The position numbers and the translations under genes are program-made. Positions 10,655 through 20,531 of a stretch of 64,000 bases of DNA are shown here, in pieces. Location: positions 6,016,001 to 6,080,000 of the forward strand of contig OY762069.1 of assembly GCA_963665095.1 (NCBI GenBank), given 5' to 3'. Position 1 is the stretch's first letter. Each line of letters begins with the position of its first letter. The notes below the pieces were generated by a model, which was not told where the DNA came from, did no database searches, and saw only the letters and a list, made by a program, of their open reading frames with translations. The stretch is from an uncultured Desulfobacter sp. GTDB taxonomy: Bacteria > Desulfobacterota > Desulfobacteria > Desulfobacterales > Desulfobacteraceae.

Positions 10655-11281
10655 ATGGGCACAGCAGAGAGACGGGAGCGGGAAAAAGCCCGGAGACGGG
10701 CCAAAATTCTGTCGGCGGCCAGGGACCTGCTGCTGACGCGGGGACTGAGCCGCACATCGGTTAATCAAATTGCCAAGCGGGCTGAAGTGAGTGTGGCCAC
10801 CATCTATGGGTACTTTGCCGGCCGTGAAGAGGTCATTGCCGAACTTTCCGAAGAGGCACTGAACCTTCTGCACACAAGCGTTTTACAAGCCACGGGCAAG
10901 GCAACAACCCCCAGGGAAAAGCTTGAAGCCGTGGCCTGGGCCTATCTCGATTTCGCCCTGACCCGGAACGCCTATTTCAGCTGTCTGAACTATTTTCTCA
11001 CCGCACCCGGCCAGGTTCTCTCTCCGGAACTCAAACGACGGGTTCATGTCCAGGGGGACCGGATTCTGGAACTGGTGATGGCGGCTGCAGAGGCCGGTAT
11101 GGCTGCCGGTTCTTTCCAGCCCGTGGAGATCCGTCGTTTCGCCCTGGTTTTCTGGGCAACCCTCAACGGGATTCTGCAACTGCGCAAACTTGAGGATACC
11201 CTTCTGGGGCAGGATGATGTTGAGACCCTCTACCGGTATGCTGTCACCCGCCTGATGGATGATCTGTGCCGGTGTGACTGA
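10655..11281 (+). CDS. TetR/AcrR family regulator
   Basis: ILSAA...TSVNQIAKRAEVSVATIYGYF. Confidence 0.92.
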   Translation: MGTAERREREKARRRAKILSAARDLLLTRGLSRTSVNQIAKRAEVSVATIYGYFAGREEVIAELSEEALNLLHTSVLQATGKATTPREKLEAVAWAYLDFALTRNAYFSCLNYFLTAPGQVLSPELKRRVHVQGDRILELVMAAAEAGMAAGSFQPVEIRRFALVFWATLNGILQLRKLEDTLLGQDDVETLYRYAVTRLMDDLCRCD

Positions 11282-11321
11282 CGGCTTTTTATAATACACA
11301 CCAGCACCCCGATGTCCTGCA

Positions 11322-11696
11322 TCAGTCCACTTTGTTCAATTCCCATGTTTCCTGGATTGTAGAACGTATATGTTCCCAATTATTGTCTTTCACAATAAAG
11401 TTTGCCGCGCCAAGATTCAGGCATTTTTCCACTATCGTACGCTCAGAAACAGAGGTCATTATGATTATAATAACTTCCGGATTTGAATCAAGAATCGGAT
11501 CAATTGCATTATCACCCGTCATTATCGGCATATTTATATCAAGCAGAACAAGATCTACATTCTGTTTTTTAACTTCTTCAACTGCATCTTTACCGTTTTC
11601 AACTTCTGCCACCACGGTAAAACCCAATTCACTCAGAATCATTTTTAGCATAGATCGTACAGAACGACTGTCATCTGCGATTATCGCATTAGCCAT
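11322..11696 (-). CDS. Single-domain response regulator (CheY-like)
   Basis: IADD, LLDINMP, MTS, GAANFIVK. Confidence 0.9.
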   Translation of the reverse strand: MANAIIADDSRSVRSMLKMILSELGFTVVAEVENGKDAVEEVKKQNVDLVLLDINMPIMTGDNAIDPILDSNPEVIIIIMTSVSERTIVEKCLNLGAANFIVKDNNWEHIRSTIQETWELNKVD

Positions 11697-12903
11697 ATTC
11701 ATTTTCCTTATCGTCTGAGTTATCGTTATGAAGCGGCAAGGTAACCTCCGCTTCAGGAAGCGTTTGAAAGAGTATTCCCAGCCGTACAATCAATGCACCT
11801 AAGAGCATATATCCTATCATAACGTGTAGTATTACCACAAGATTACTGATAATCGAGGTCCTTGAAGCAGATATATCACCAAAGCCGACAGTGGTCGTAG
11901 TGACCACCGAAAAATAGAGTGATCTCACAAACCGCAACCCAGGAGGGAGATTTTCCACATGCTCACTGGTTAGCGACGGAAACAGTGTGTAGAGAATTGC
12001 AAAGACAAGAGATACAATCATTAATGATTTCAATACCCTGCCCGTGGAAGAGCCATAATCGGTGATCCACCAGAAGAGTTCTATAAACCGGATTGTCAAA
12101 TATTTAAGTCCCCATCTCAAAACCGCCAATGGATTGATACCCATTTCTTTGAAAGAACCAAGTTCCCTCTTCCTCATTTCAATGTATCGCAGCCACCATA
12201 TTCTCCGAATATTTGTTTCAAAACGCGAACTAAGTTGCGGTTCTACACGTGCCTCTGAAATACCAACGCCAGTGAAGTCAGTGGTGAGATCAACTGCGCA
12301 ATCCCAGATCAGTGAACTGCCATTTACAATCGCAGCATTAAAATTAGTTCCATACAGCTGTGATTCAGTCAATGTAATGGCTTTTAGATCTGCGTGTTTG
12401 AGCGTACACTTCGTTAAATCAGCCGCGTGAAATACAACATATGAAAGGTCTGCACGATCAAAATTCGCTTCTGCCACATTGGCCTCGTGAAAATCGGCGT
12501 GCATCAATTTAGCAAACGTGAAATCAACACCTTTTGCAAATACAGAAGTAAATCGGCTGTCCTGAAGATCAGCCGCAGTGAATTTTGCTCCAGAAATATC
12601 AGCTCCGTCAAATTTCGTATTTCGTAGATCAGCATTCATAAACATGGTTTGTTTTAATGTGCAACGGCAAAGCGACGCATCTTTTAAATGCGCATTTTTC
12701 AGGTCTATCTTTGAAAGGTCAAGCTCTTCGAGATTCGCTCCTTCGAGAAGAATTGGAAGCTTTCTATTCTTACGGCGATAGAGAATCCACTCTTTACCGC
12801 TCCCGGAATCACTGCATTTTCGAAGAAGATCATACTGTTCCTCTGAAAAGCGATCCTCCCAGACAGAGGGCTCCACCGTTGTCTTTGACCCGGTAAATTC
12901 CAT
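11689..12903 (-). CDS. Pentapeptide-repeat protein with C-terminal 2-TM potassium channel domain
   Basis: A(D/N)L/F-x-x repeats; YFSVVTTTTVGFGDI pore motif between hydrophobic helices. Start is 12903 or 12915. Confidence 0.88.
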   Translation of the reverse strand: MEFTGSKTTVEPSVWEDRFSEEQYDLLRKCSDSGSGKEWILYRRKNRKLPILLEGANLEELDLSKIDLKNAHLKDASLCRCTLKQTMFMNADLRNTKFDGADISGAKFTAADLQDSRFTSVFAKGVDFTFAKLMHADFHEANVAEANFDRADLSYVVFHAADLTKCTLKHADLKAITLTESQLYGTNFNAAIVNGSSLIWDCAVDLTTDFTGVGISEARVEPQLSSRFETNIRRIWWLRYIEMRKRELGSFKEMGINPLAVLRWGLKYLTIRFIELFWWITDYGSSTGRVLKSLMIVSLVFAILYTLFPSLTSEHVENLPPGLRFVRSLYFSVVTTTTVGFGDISASRTSIISNLVVILHVMIGYMLLGALIVRLGILFQTLPEAEVTLPLHNDNSDDKENEYG

Positions 12904-13243
12904 AGGACGTCTCAATTTAAAAAGGTTTAATTCGTTGGATTCTTTTTATCTTATTGATACGAAATTTTTCCCACTTTGTAAAGACGGCCGATATGGAGAT
13001 TCCGCCGAAAGACTTGGGGAATCTGTTCAAACCGTATGAAAATTTGACAACCTGTAACCTTTTATCATAATGTAAATAATCCATAAAAAACTGTCTGAAG
13101 GGCTGTTAAAAAGATTTCTGATTTTTAGTCAATTATGCATAATGGGCTTAATTCGCATGGGGGGCAAAGATCTTTGACCATCAGGTTCCATTGAAGAAAA
13201 CCTGTAGCCTTCCCTTATTTAAAATTCATCCCGGGAAAGGGTC

Positions 13244-14260
13244 ATGAAAATGTTACAGTTAATAACGACACTTGCCCTGATCGAAAAAACAAGAGACTGT
13301 GGCCGTTTCACCCCGTATGTATGGGTCCCCTTTGTTGTAATTTCAGTCATTTTTATGAATGGGTTTCCAGCCAGTGCAAAAGAGTTAACCATCGGATTTA
13401 TTCCCATGACCACGAAAAATGAACATTTTGTGATCATGAGCAATGCAGCAGCCCGGGAGGCAGAAAAAAACGGTGTCCGTTTGATTGTAAAATCGGGCAG
13501 CGGACGGCGAAGCGGTCGCGAACAGGAAATGATTATCCAGCAGATGATTAAAATCCGTGTGGATGCCATATGCATTGTACCAAGTTCGACCGGCGTGGTG
13601 CGTGAACTTAAAAAAGTGCAACAGGCGGGTATTCCCATTGTGAACGTTGATCAAAAAATTGATCCGGTTGTCCTGCAGAAATTTGATATGGATTTTATCC
13701 CCTATGTGGGAACCAATAATTATGACAATGCCTGGAGTGCAGGGGACTTTGCGCTTGATTCATTGGACATAAAAGGCCGTAACGTCGGTATTCTGATCGG
13801 AAGACATCCCCACTCCAATGCCGTTGACAGGTGGAAAGGCTTTAAAAAAGCAGTGGACGGAAAGGTACAGATTGTATTTGAAAGGCCGGCCAACTGGGAA
13901 AAAAATATGGCGTATAACACCGTAAAGAGGATGCTTGAAAATCAGACAGATGTGGATTTTATTTTCGCCTCCAATGACAATATGGCCTTAGGGGCACTGG
14001 ATGCAATCGCTGAAACAGGGAATAAGGGTATTCAGGTCATGGGGTTTGACGGGATCGGTCCTGCACTCGATGCCATAGAGCAGGGCCGCATGGCTGCAAC
14101 CATGGCCCAGATGCCGGCCGAGATGGGAATTCAAAGCGTTCAGATGGTTTTATCAATACTTCAGGGGAAACCTGCTCCTTTGATTACTTACACACCTACA
14201 AAAATAATCGATGCGTCAAATGTTGTTCTGTTCAAACAATATTTAAATCAATACCGGTAA
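13244..14260 (+). CDS. Sugar-binding periplasmic protein (RbsB-like), orphan
   Basis: AGIPIVNVD, VGTNN, ANW, IFASNDNMALGA, GFDG; true start may be further downstream. Confidence 0.88.
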   Translation: MKMLQLITTLALIEKTRDCGRFTPYVWVPFVVISVIFMNGFPASAKELTIGFIPMTTKNEHFVIMSNAAAREAEKNGVRLIVKSGSGRRSGREQEMIIQQMIKIRVDAICIVPSSTGVVRELKKVQQAGIPIVNVDQKIDPVVLQKFDMDFIPYVGTNNYDNAWSAGDFALDSLDIKGRNVGILIGRHPHSNAVDRWKGFKKAVDGKVQIVFERPANWEKNMAYNTVKRMLENQTDVDFIFASNDNMALGALDAIAETGNKGIQVMGFDGIGPALDAIEQGRMAATMAQMPAEMGIQSVQMVLSILQGKPAPLITYTPTKIIDASNVVLFKQYLNQYR

Positions 14261-14331
14261 GTCTTATCAAAGAGTTCAGCCCTGCTCAGTTCCCTGATTA
14301 CAGGGACAATCGCCAACCTTTTGTCCGCATC

Positions 14332-15198
14332 TTAATCCGTTTCTGTCCGGGTAAAAAAGGCCCGGACTGCCCGATCCCGTTCCGGATGGGGCTGAAAAAG
14401 GATGCCATAGTGGTTGGTTCCCTTGACATCAAACCGTTGTGCGTCCGGGATCTGTTCCACCATTTTCTGGATTACATCCTCGGGCAAAAGCAGGTCATCC
14501 TGACTCATAAGTCCCTGGCCGGCCCTGAGAATCAGTACCGGACATAATACCCGGCTGTAGAGGGCCGCACAGTTGATTTTGCGCACATTCTCAGCTTCTT
14601 CGGCAATGTGTGCCGGATCAATATTGGTGTGAACACCGTTCGTGTCTGTCTCGATTTCATGGCGGTAGTAGGCTTCGATATTGGGCTGCCAGGGCTGCAC
14701 TGCCGGGCCTGCTTTCATAAAATCCATATAGGCCTTTTCATCGGGAAACCGCATGTTAAGGCGGTCCAGGGCGGGCTTGATGCCGGCAAATACCTGATCC
14801 ATCTGGGTCTTGCTCAGTTCCCCTGCACCATCCACCAGGACCAGTTTTTCCACCCGGTCAGGATGGGTTGCAGCAAACATCAGGCTGATAAAGGCGCCTA
14901 AAGAGTGGCCCATCAGCAGTACTTTTTGAAGACCCAGATCATCCATGATGGAGATCATATCCAGAATATGGTTTTCAGGCCCGTATCCCTTGTCCGGCTT
15001 ATCGGAAAGCCCTCTGCCACGCAGGTCCACGGCAATGACCCGGTAATCCGGTGACAGGGCCTCAGCTATAGGATCCCAGGAGCGGCAGTTGGCGGTGATA
15101 CCGTGAAGACAGAGTACAACAGGGGAACCGCCTTCCCATACCGCAGCGTTTATATTCAGATGGCTGCCTTTCAAAAGGCGCATTTCAGGTTTACTCAT
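14332..15198 (-). CDS. Alpha/beta hydrolase
   Basis: LHG, DLRGRGLS, GHSLG nucleophile elbow, C-terminal NH. Confidence 0.92.
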   Translation of the reverse strand: MSKPEMRLLKGSHLNINAAVWEGGSPVVLCLHGITANCRSWDPIAEALSPDYRVIAVDLRGRGLSDKPDKGYGPENHILDMISIMDDLGLQKVLLMGHSLGAFISLMFAATHPDRVEKLVLVDGAGELSKTQMDQVFAGIKPALDRLNMRFPDEKAYMDFMKAGPAVQPWQPNIEAYYRHEIETDTNGVHTNIDPAHIAEEAENVRKINCAALYSRVLCPVLILRAGQGLMSQDDLLLPEDVIQKMVEQIPDAQRFDVKGTNHYGILFQPHPERDRAVRAFFTRTETD

Positions 15199-15229
15199 GG
15201 CGAATATCCTTTTTTAGTATTAAATTTTT

Positions 15230-16330
15230 CTATAAATTGTGAAGTTTCTGCTGCTGTATCCGTGCCCGGATGGTACCCAAGACCCCTTTGGGAAAAAAGA
15301 GCACCACCATGACAAAAAGTATCCCGAAATAAAGCTGCCACCGGTCCGCCAGGACCTGGGCCAAAGCGGATTCAGGTACCAGTGACGCCAGGGACTTCAA
15401 AAGCCCGGGCAGCCAGTTTTCCGTGACAATGAGAAATGCAGCCCCGATGATGCTGCCGTAAATGGTTCCCATGCCGCCAATGAGGACCATCAGCAGAATA
15501 TTGACCATGATGGAGGTATGAAAGACCGAATCCGGATTGACATAACACAGCCACATGGCAAACAAGACCCCGCCCAGTGATGCCACCGCTGCACTGAAGA
15601 CAATGGCATAGATCTGGTACTTGAAGGTTTGATACCCAAGGGCAATGGATCGCTGCTCATTGTCCCGTATGGATTTAAGCACCCTTCCCAGGGGAGAGCG
15701 GATAAAACGTAAAAGACCGGCGAACAGAAAAACCGTGGCCGCCAGAATCAGAAAATAGACGATGAGGCGGCCGTTCACCTGGACATGAAACAGTGTCCCC
15801 AGGCTGCGGTTAAAATTGAGTATACCCGGCAGGGCAAAAGAGATGCCGTCTTCCCCGCCGGTAAGGCCTGTCCACTGTATCCCCAGGATATGGGCAAATT
15901 CGGCCAGAGCCAGGGTCAGCATGGCAAAAAAGATGGCCTTGACCCGCAAAGAGAAAAATGAAATCACCAGGGAGATGCCGATACTCACGGCCAGGGCTGC
16001 CAGAACAGCCAGGATGGGATGATACCAGGCCGGGGCGGCCGAATGGTAGAGTATCAGGGCCAGAGAATATGCGCCGATCCCGAAAAACATGCCGTGGGCA
16101 AAGGACAGAATCCCTGTATACCCCAGCAGCAGGTCAAAGGCCGCCACCACCAGGGAAAATATTATAATTTTAGCCATTACATCCATCACCCTGAATGAGG
16201 GAAAAACAAAGGGGATTACCGCCGGCAGAAGGACCAGGAGGGTGTTAAAGATTGCTCTGGATCCAAAGCGGTCCCCGATAGTTTTAGACACAGTGTTCTT
16301 TTCCAATGTCAGATTCATACTGCTTTCCAT
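15230..16330 (-). CDS. Branched-chain amino acid-type ABC permease (LivM-like)
   Basis: GYTGILSFAH, TGGEDG, SPLGR....IRDNE. Confidence 0.92.
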   Translation of the reverse strand: MESSMNLTLEKNTVSKTIGDRFGSRAIFNTLLVLLPAVIPFVFPSFRVMDVMAKIIIFSLVVAAFDLLLGYTGILSFAHGMFFGIGAYSLALILYHSAAPAWYHPILAVLAALAVSIGISLVISFFSLRVKAIFFAMLTLALAEFAHILGIQWTGLTGGEDGISFALPGILNFNRSLGTLFHVQVNGRLIVYFLILAATVFLFAGLLRFIRSPLGRVLKSIRDNEQRSIALGYQTFKYQIYAIVFSAAVASLGGVLFAMWLCYVNPDSVFHTSIMVNILLMVLIGGMGTIYGSIIGAAFLIVTENWLPGLLKSLASLVPESALAQVLADRWQLYFGILFVMVVLFFPKGVLGTIRARIQQQKLHNL

Positions 16331-16331
16331 G

Positions 16332-17351
16332 TTACTCTTTCCCGAAAAGCCCTTTGGGGCACATTAATAGAATGAGGGCCATGATCATGAAGTTGACGCC
16401 CAGGGCCATCTTGGGCACCAGGTATGCAACATAGTTAAAAGACAGTCCCACGATGATAGCTCCCACAAAACTGCCTGCCACCGATCCCATCCCGCCGATG
16501 ATTACCACGATCAGGGCGAAAATCAGGAACTGATCCCCCATACCCGGATTGACGGCCTGATTGAACACTGCCATCATGGTGCCGCCCATGGCGGCAAAGG
16601 CAGCCCCGGCCGCAAATACCAGGGTGAAAATCCGGTTGATATTGTATCCAGTGGTCTCAACAATTTCCCGGTTCTCCACCCCTGCCCGGACAATGATACC
16701 CAGTTTGGTTTTTTGGAGGACAAATTCAAGCAGGGCAAATACGCCAACGCCCAGGGCAATGGCCACCACCCGGAAATATTCCACAAATACGCCGTATATG
16801 ATGAAGCTGTCCTGGAAGGCCAGGGGAACCTGCACCACCTCGTCATTTACCCCCCAGATGATTTTGAGGATCTCTATGAGAACAAAGGAGACACCCACTG
16901 TAACCAGAAGCTGCATCAGGTGATCTCCGTAGACCCGCTGGATCACCAGGCGCTCGATAATGATACCAAGAACTGCCCCCAGCAGGCCGGCCGCCCCAAG
17001 GGCCAGCAACAGGTAGACAATACTGCCGCCTAAGGTTGCCGTATCGCTCAGGCCCCGGGCACTGATAAAGTTAAGCACCGTGTAACCCATATATGCCCCA
17101 AAAGCGAAAAAGGCGGCATGGGCAAGGTTCAGTACATCCATCAGGCCGAATATCAGTGTCAGGCCCGATGCGATAAGAAATATCAGCATGCCCAGGGAGA
17201 GTCCTGCCACTGTCAATGTCAGGTAGGTGACCGGATCAATCCAGACCAGGGGAAGCAGAAACAGGCCGATGCCCAGGCATGTATTGACTGCAGACCGGTT
17301 TATACGCCTTTGGGGTGCACTGCCGGTTTTTTTGAGAATGTGGGTTGTCAT
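16332..17351 (-). CDS. Branched-chain amino acid-type ABC permease (LivH-like)
   Basis: GLTLIFGLMDVLNLAH, IIGGMGS. Confidence 0.92.
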   Translation of the reverse strand: MTTHILKKTGSAPQRRINRSAVNTCLGIGLFLLPLVWIDPVTYLTLTVAGLSLGMLIFLIASGLTLIFGLMDVLNLAHAAFFAFGAYMGYTVLNFISARGLSDTATLGGSIVYLLLALGAAGLLGAVLGIIIERLVIQRVYGDHLMQLLVTVGVSFVLIEILKIIWGVNDEVVQVPLAFQDSFIIYGVFVEYFRVVAIALGVGVFALLEFVLQKTKLGIIVRAGVENREIVETTGYNINRIFTLVFAAGAAFAAMGGTMMAVFNQAVNPGMGDQFLIFALIVVIIGGMGSVAGSFVGAIIVGLSFNYVAYLVPKMALGVNFMIMALILLMCPKGLFGKE

Positions 17352-17364
17352 GATTGTCCCTTTG

Positions 17365-18072
17365 TCATATCCCCAGATAAATTTTCATCATTTGTTTGTC
17401 CTGGGCCAGGTCCTTCATCAGTCCGTGGTGAACCACCCGGCCGTCGTCCAGGATAAAACAGTCCAGTCCCACCTGGCAGGCCAGGTTGAAATTCTGTTCC
17501 ACCAGGATGACCTTTGTTTTGTCCCCGATGCTCATCAGGGCCTCCCCGAGCTGGTCAACCACAATGGGGGCAAGCCCCTTTGACGGCTCATCAATGAGGA
17601 GCATGGCATGGTCACAGACAAAGACTCTGGCAATGGCCAGCATCTGTTTCTGTCCGCCGGACAAAAGGCCTGCCTTTCTCTTCCAGAACGTCTTGAGCGC
17701 CGGGAACAGGATGAGTACCTCTTCAAGCTTTTCACGGGTGGTATCGTTTTCATCTATCATGGAAAGTCTGAAGTTCTCCTCCACGGTGAGGCTGAAGAGA
17801 ACCGCCTTGTCCTCAGGCACAAAACCGATGCCCATGCGGGCTATATCGTAGCTTTTGCTGCCTGCGATATCTTTGTCCATAAATGTGATGCTGCCGGAGG
17901 TGGGCGGATAGACTCCCATGATTGTTTTAAGGGTGCTGGATTTGCCGGCCCCGTTTCGTCCAAGAAGGATGGTGGCGCCCCCTGCAGCCACTTCAAGACA
18001 GACGCCTTGGAGAATATGATGCCGGTCCATATGGGTATGAACGTTTTCAAGGCGCAGCATGGGGTCATGCAT
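17365..18072 (-). CDS. ABC ATPase (LivF-like)
   Basis: GRNGAGKS, LSGGQKQ, DEPSKGLAP, VEQN. Confidence 0.93.
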   Translation of the reverse strand: MHDPMLRLENVHTHMDRHHILQGVCLEVAAGGATILLGRNGAGKSSTLKTIMGVYPPTSGSITFMDKDIAGSKSYDIARMGIGFVPEDKAVLFSLTVEENFRLSMIDENDTTREKLEEVLILFPALKTFWKRKAGLLSGGQKQMLAIARVFVCDHAMLLIDEPSKGLAPIVVDQLGEALMSIGDKTKVILVEQNFNLACQVGLDCFILDDGRVVHHGLMKDLAQDKQMMKIYLGI

Positions 18073-18832
18073 GTTTGACACCCCCTCCCAGATAGGCCTT
18101 CATCACGCTGGCATTGTTGGAGACTGCCTCCGGGGTATCGTCGCAGATGACCCGGCCGTCCTGAAGGACAGCAATGGCGTCTGACAACGCCATGATCATG
18201 TCAAACTTGTGCTCCACCAGAAGAATGGTCCTGTCCTTTCTATCCTTGATGTCCCGGATAATATCCAGGATGGCCGGGACATCCTCAAGACTCATGCCGG
18301 CGGTGGGCTCGTCCAGCAGCAGGATTTCAGGATCCAGAGCCAGGAGGATGGCAATTTCAAGTTTCCGCTGTTCACCGTGTGTCAGGCTGCTGGCCTCATG
18401 GTCCTGTTTATCCTCCAGTCCTACCTGAACCAGGCATTGCCGGGACTGTTCCTCCAGCTCGGGGTAATCCAGATAATGTTTCCAGAACACCATGCCGATT
18501 TCCTGTTTGGACTGAACTGCCAGCCGGACATTTTCCAGTACTGTGAGGCTCGGATAGATGTTCGTTAGCTGAAAGGAGCGGCCAATGCCGGCCTTTGCCC
18601 GGCCGGCCGCATTGGTCCGGGTGATGTCCTTGCCGTGAACCAGTACCTGCCCGGATGTCGGCCGGTACTGACCTGAAATCAGGTTGAACAGGGTGGTTTT
18701 TCCGGCGCCGTTGGGGCCGATGATGGACTTCAGGCAGAAGGGTTCAACACTGAAGTTGAGCTGGTCCACCACCACATGTCCGCCAAAGCTGATGGTCAGA
18801 TCCCGGGTTTCGATTGCTGGGGCTGGTGCCAT
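18065..18832 (-). CDS. ABC ATPase (LivG-like)
   Basis: GPNGAGKT, LTHGEQR, LDEPTAG, VEH, AYLG. Confidence 0.93.
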   Translation of the reverse strand: MAPAPAIETRDLTISFGGHVVVDQLNFSVEPFCLKSIIGPNGAGKTTLFNLISGQYRPTSGQVLVHGKDITRTNAAGRAKAGIGRSFQLTNIYPSLTVLENVRLAVQSKQEIGMVFWKHYLDYPELEEQSRQCLVQVGLEDKQDHEASSLTHGEQRKLEIAILLALDPEILLLDEPTAGMSLEDVPAILDIIRDIKDRKDRTILLVEHKFDMIMALSDAIAVLQDGRVICDDTPEAVSNNASVMKAYLGGGVKHA

Positions 18833-18882
18833 TTTAACCTTCCTTTGTTTATTCTCATGGGCTGATGCGTGTCAGGGGCGTA

Positions 18883-20079
18883 CTATTGATTCCGGATGGG
18901 AATATCCATCTCTTTGTACGAAATCACCCGGGTCACCTCCGGAATGCCCCAGTCCACCCCTTTGCGGGTGGTAATTTTGAAGGCATACATGTCCTGAAGG
19001 GCCTGGTGGTCTTCTTTTCTGAACATCATCTCCCCTTTGGGGGTGTCAAACTGCATCCCCTCCATGGCGGAGATCAGGGCTTCGGTATCTGTTGTGCCGG
19101 CCTCTGTGATCGCCTTGACAACCGCCAGAGCAGCAGTCATGCCGCCGCAGGTGAAAAAATCCGGTGGTGCGTTGAACCGTTTCATATGGGTTTCCACCAG
19201 CCAGTCGTTGATCGCGTTGTTCGGGCTTTCGTAGTAGTAGTAATTTCCGCCTTCAGCGCCCACCAGGGTTTTGTAGGTTTTAAGCACATCAATGATGTTG
19301 CCCCCGACGGCCAGGTTAATATTGTACCGTTTGTCCAGCTTCATGGCGTTGAGCTTGGCAGTGGGGTTATTTTTTCCGGCCCAGTAAATAGCCAGGTATT
19401 TCTTGCCCTCAACCTTGCCCATGGCCTTGATGATCCGCTGGGCAGGGGCTGTGAAATCCACCGTATCCAGAGGCATGTATTCCTCGTGTACAACCTTGGC
19501 ACCCGTGGCAGCCAGGGCTTCTTTGGCCGTTGCCACACCGTCGCGGCCAAAGGTGTAATCCTGGGCAATATAGGCCACATTGACCCCTGGCCCTCCGATG
19601 GCGGCTGCCTGGGATATGGCATCCTGGGATGAGTTGCGGCCCGTCCGGAATATATACCGGTTCCAGGCCTTGCCGGTAATGGAGTCTGCTACGGCCGGCT
19701 CCACCACCAGGATTTTTTTAAATTCTTTGGCCACCGGCAGACAGGCCATGGCCACTGCTGAAGAGACAGGTCCCACGGCAATATCCACCTGATCATCCTG
19801 GAAAGCGGCCGTGAGCAGCTGCTTGCCCATTTCCGGCTTCATATGCGTATCCTTGACAATCACCTCCACCGGTCGGCCCAGGACTTCAAACGTATTGTTG
19901 GTGGCATACTCAAGACCGAGCTTGAACCCTTCCACAGCCTGTTTGGCATACGCTTCATATGGGCCTGTCAGGCAGGCGAGCTGGGCAATCTTGATGGGCT
20001 GGGCCGCCTGCAGGGGTGATGCAAAAACAAAGATAAGCAAAAAACCCGCTGCCAATTTAATCAATTGCCTTTTTTCCAT
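18883..20079 (-). CDS. ABC substrate-binding protein (Liv/HAAT type)
   Basis: Signal peptide, DYTFG, FRKEDHQALQ; RBS AGGAG before ATG 20079. Confidence 0.9.
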   Translation of the reverse strand: MEKRQLIKLAAGFLLIFVFASPLQAAQPIKIAQLACLTGPYEAYAKQAVEGFKLGLEYATNNTFEVLGRPVEVIVKDTHMKPEMGKQLLTAAFQDDQVDIAVGPVSSAVAMACLPVAKEFKKILVVEPAVADSITGKAWNRYIFRTGRNSSQDAISQAAAIGGPGVNVAYIAQDYTFGRDGVATAKEALAATGAKVVHEEYMPLDTVDFTAPAQRIIKAMGKVEGKKYLAIYWAGKNNPTAKLNAMKLDKRYNINLAVGGNIIDVLKTYKTLVGAEGGNYYYYESPNNAINDWLVETHMKRFNAPPDFFTCGGMTAALAVVKAITEAGTTDTEALISAMEGMQFDTPKGEMMFRKEDHQALQDMYAFKITTRKGVDWGIPEVTRVISYKEMDIPIRNQ

Positions 20080-20321
20080 TTTTGACTCCTTTCCTGGTTG
20101 ATGTTGCCGGCACATGCCTTCGGCGATTTCAGTTAAAAATTATACCGTTTTTGCTTACCTTTTCACCTGCCTTTGGCACAGGCACAGAGCGTAAATGGCC
20201 TGACAATTGATGCCTGACCCTTTGTGCAGACGAATAAAATCCCTTGCGCAATCCGGTATGTTTTTTACGCCAATCGTCTTACCGGTGATCGGTTGTTAGT
20301 GGCTGACACTATTTACTAAAA

Positions 20322-20336
20322 GCAAGGTATATACCA
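20322..20336 (-). promoter_or_regulatory. sigma54 (-24/-12) promoter of the ABC operon
   Basis: Minus-strand TGGTATATACCTTGC = GG-N10-GC. Confidence 0.8.
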
Positions 20337-20403
20337 TGCGTGAAAATTTAATTTAACAACTTGAAAATAATAAGAAAATTTAAATTTCAATGGTACGACC
20401 ACT

Positions 20404-20510
20404 TGTCCGGAATTCCGGACACTTTCCTTGGTTTTCCGGGAAAATATCCGATTTCATACCCTTTATTTCATCTGTCCTGAAATCCGGCCAAGTGTCGGAA
20501 TTCCGGACAA
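20404..20510. promoter_or_regulatory. Palindromic enhancer (UAS) sites
   Basis: Perfect TGTCCGGAATTCCGGACA at 20404-20421; variants TGTCCTGAAATCCGGCCA (~20473) and TGTCGGAATTCCGGACA (~20493). Confidence 0.7.
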
Positions 20511-20531
20511 TTCCCCATGTGCGATTAAAAA

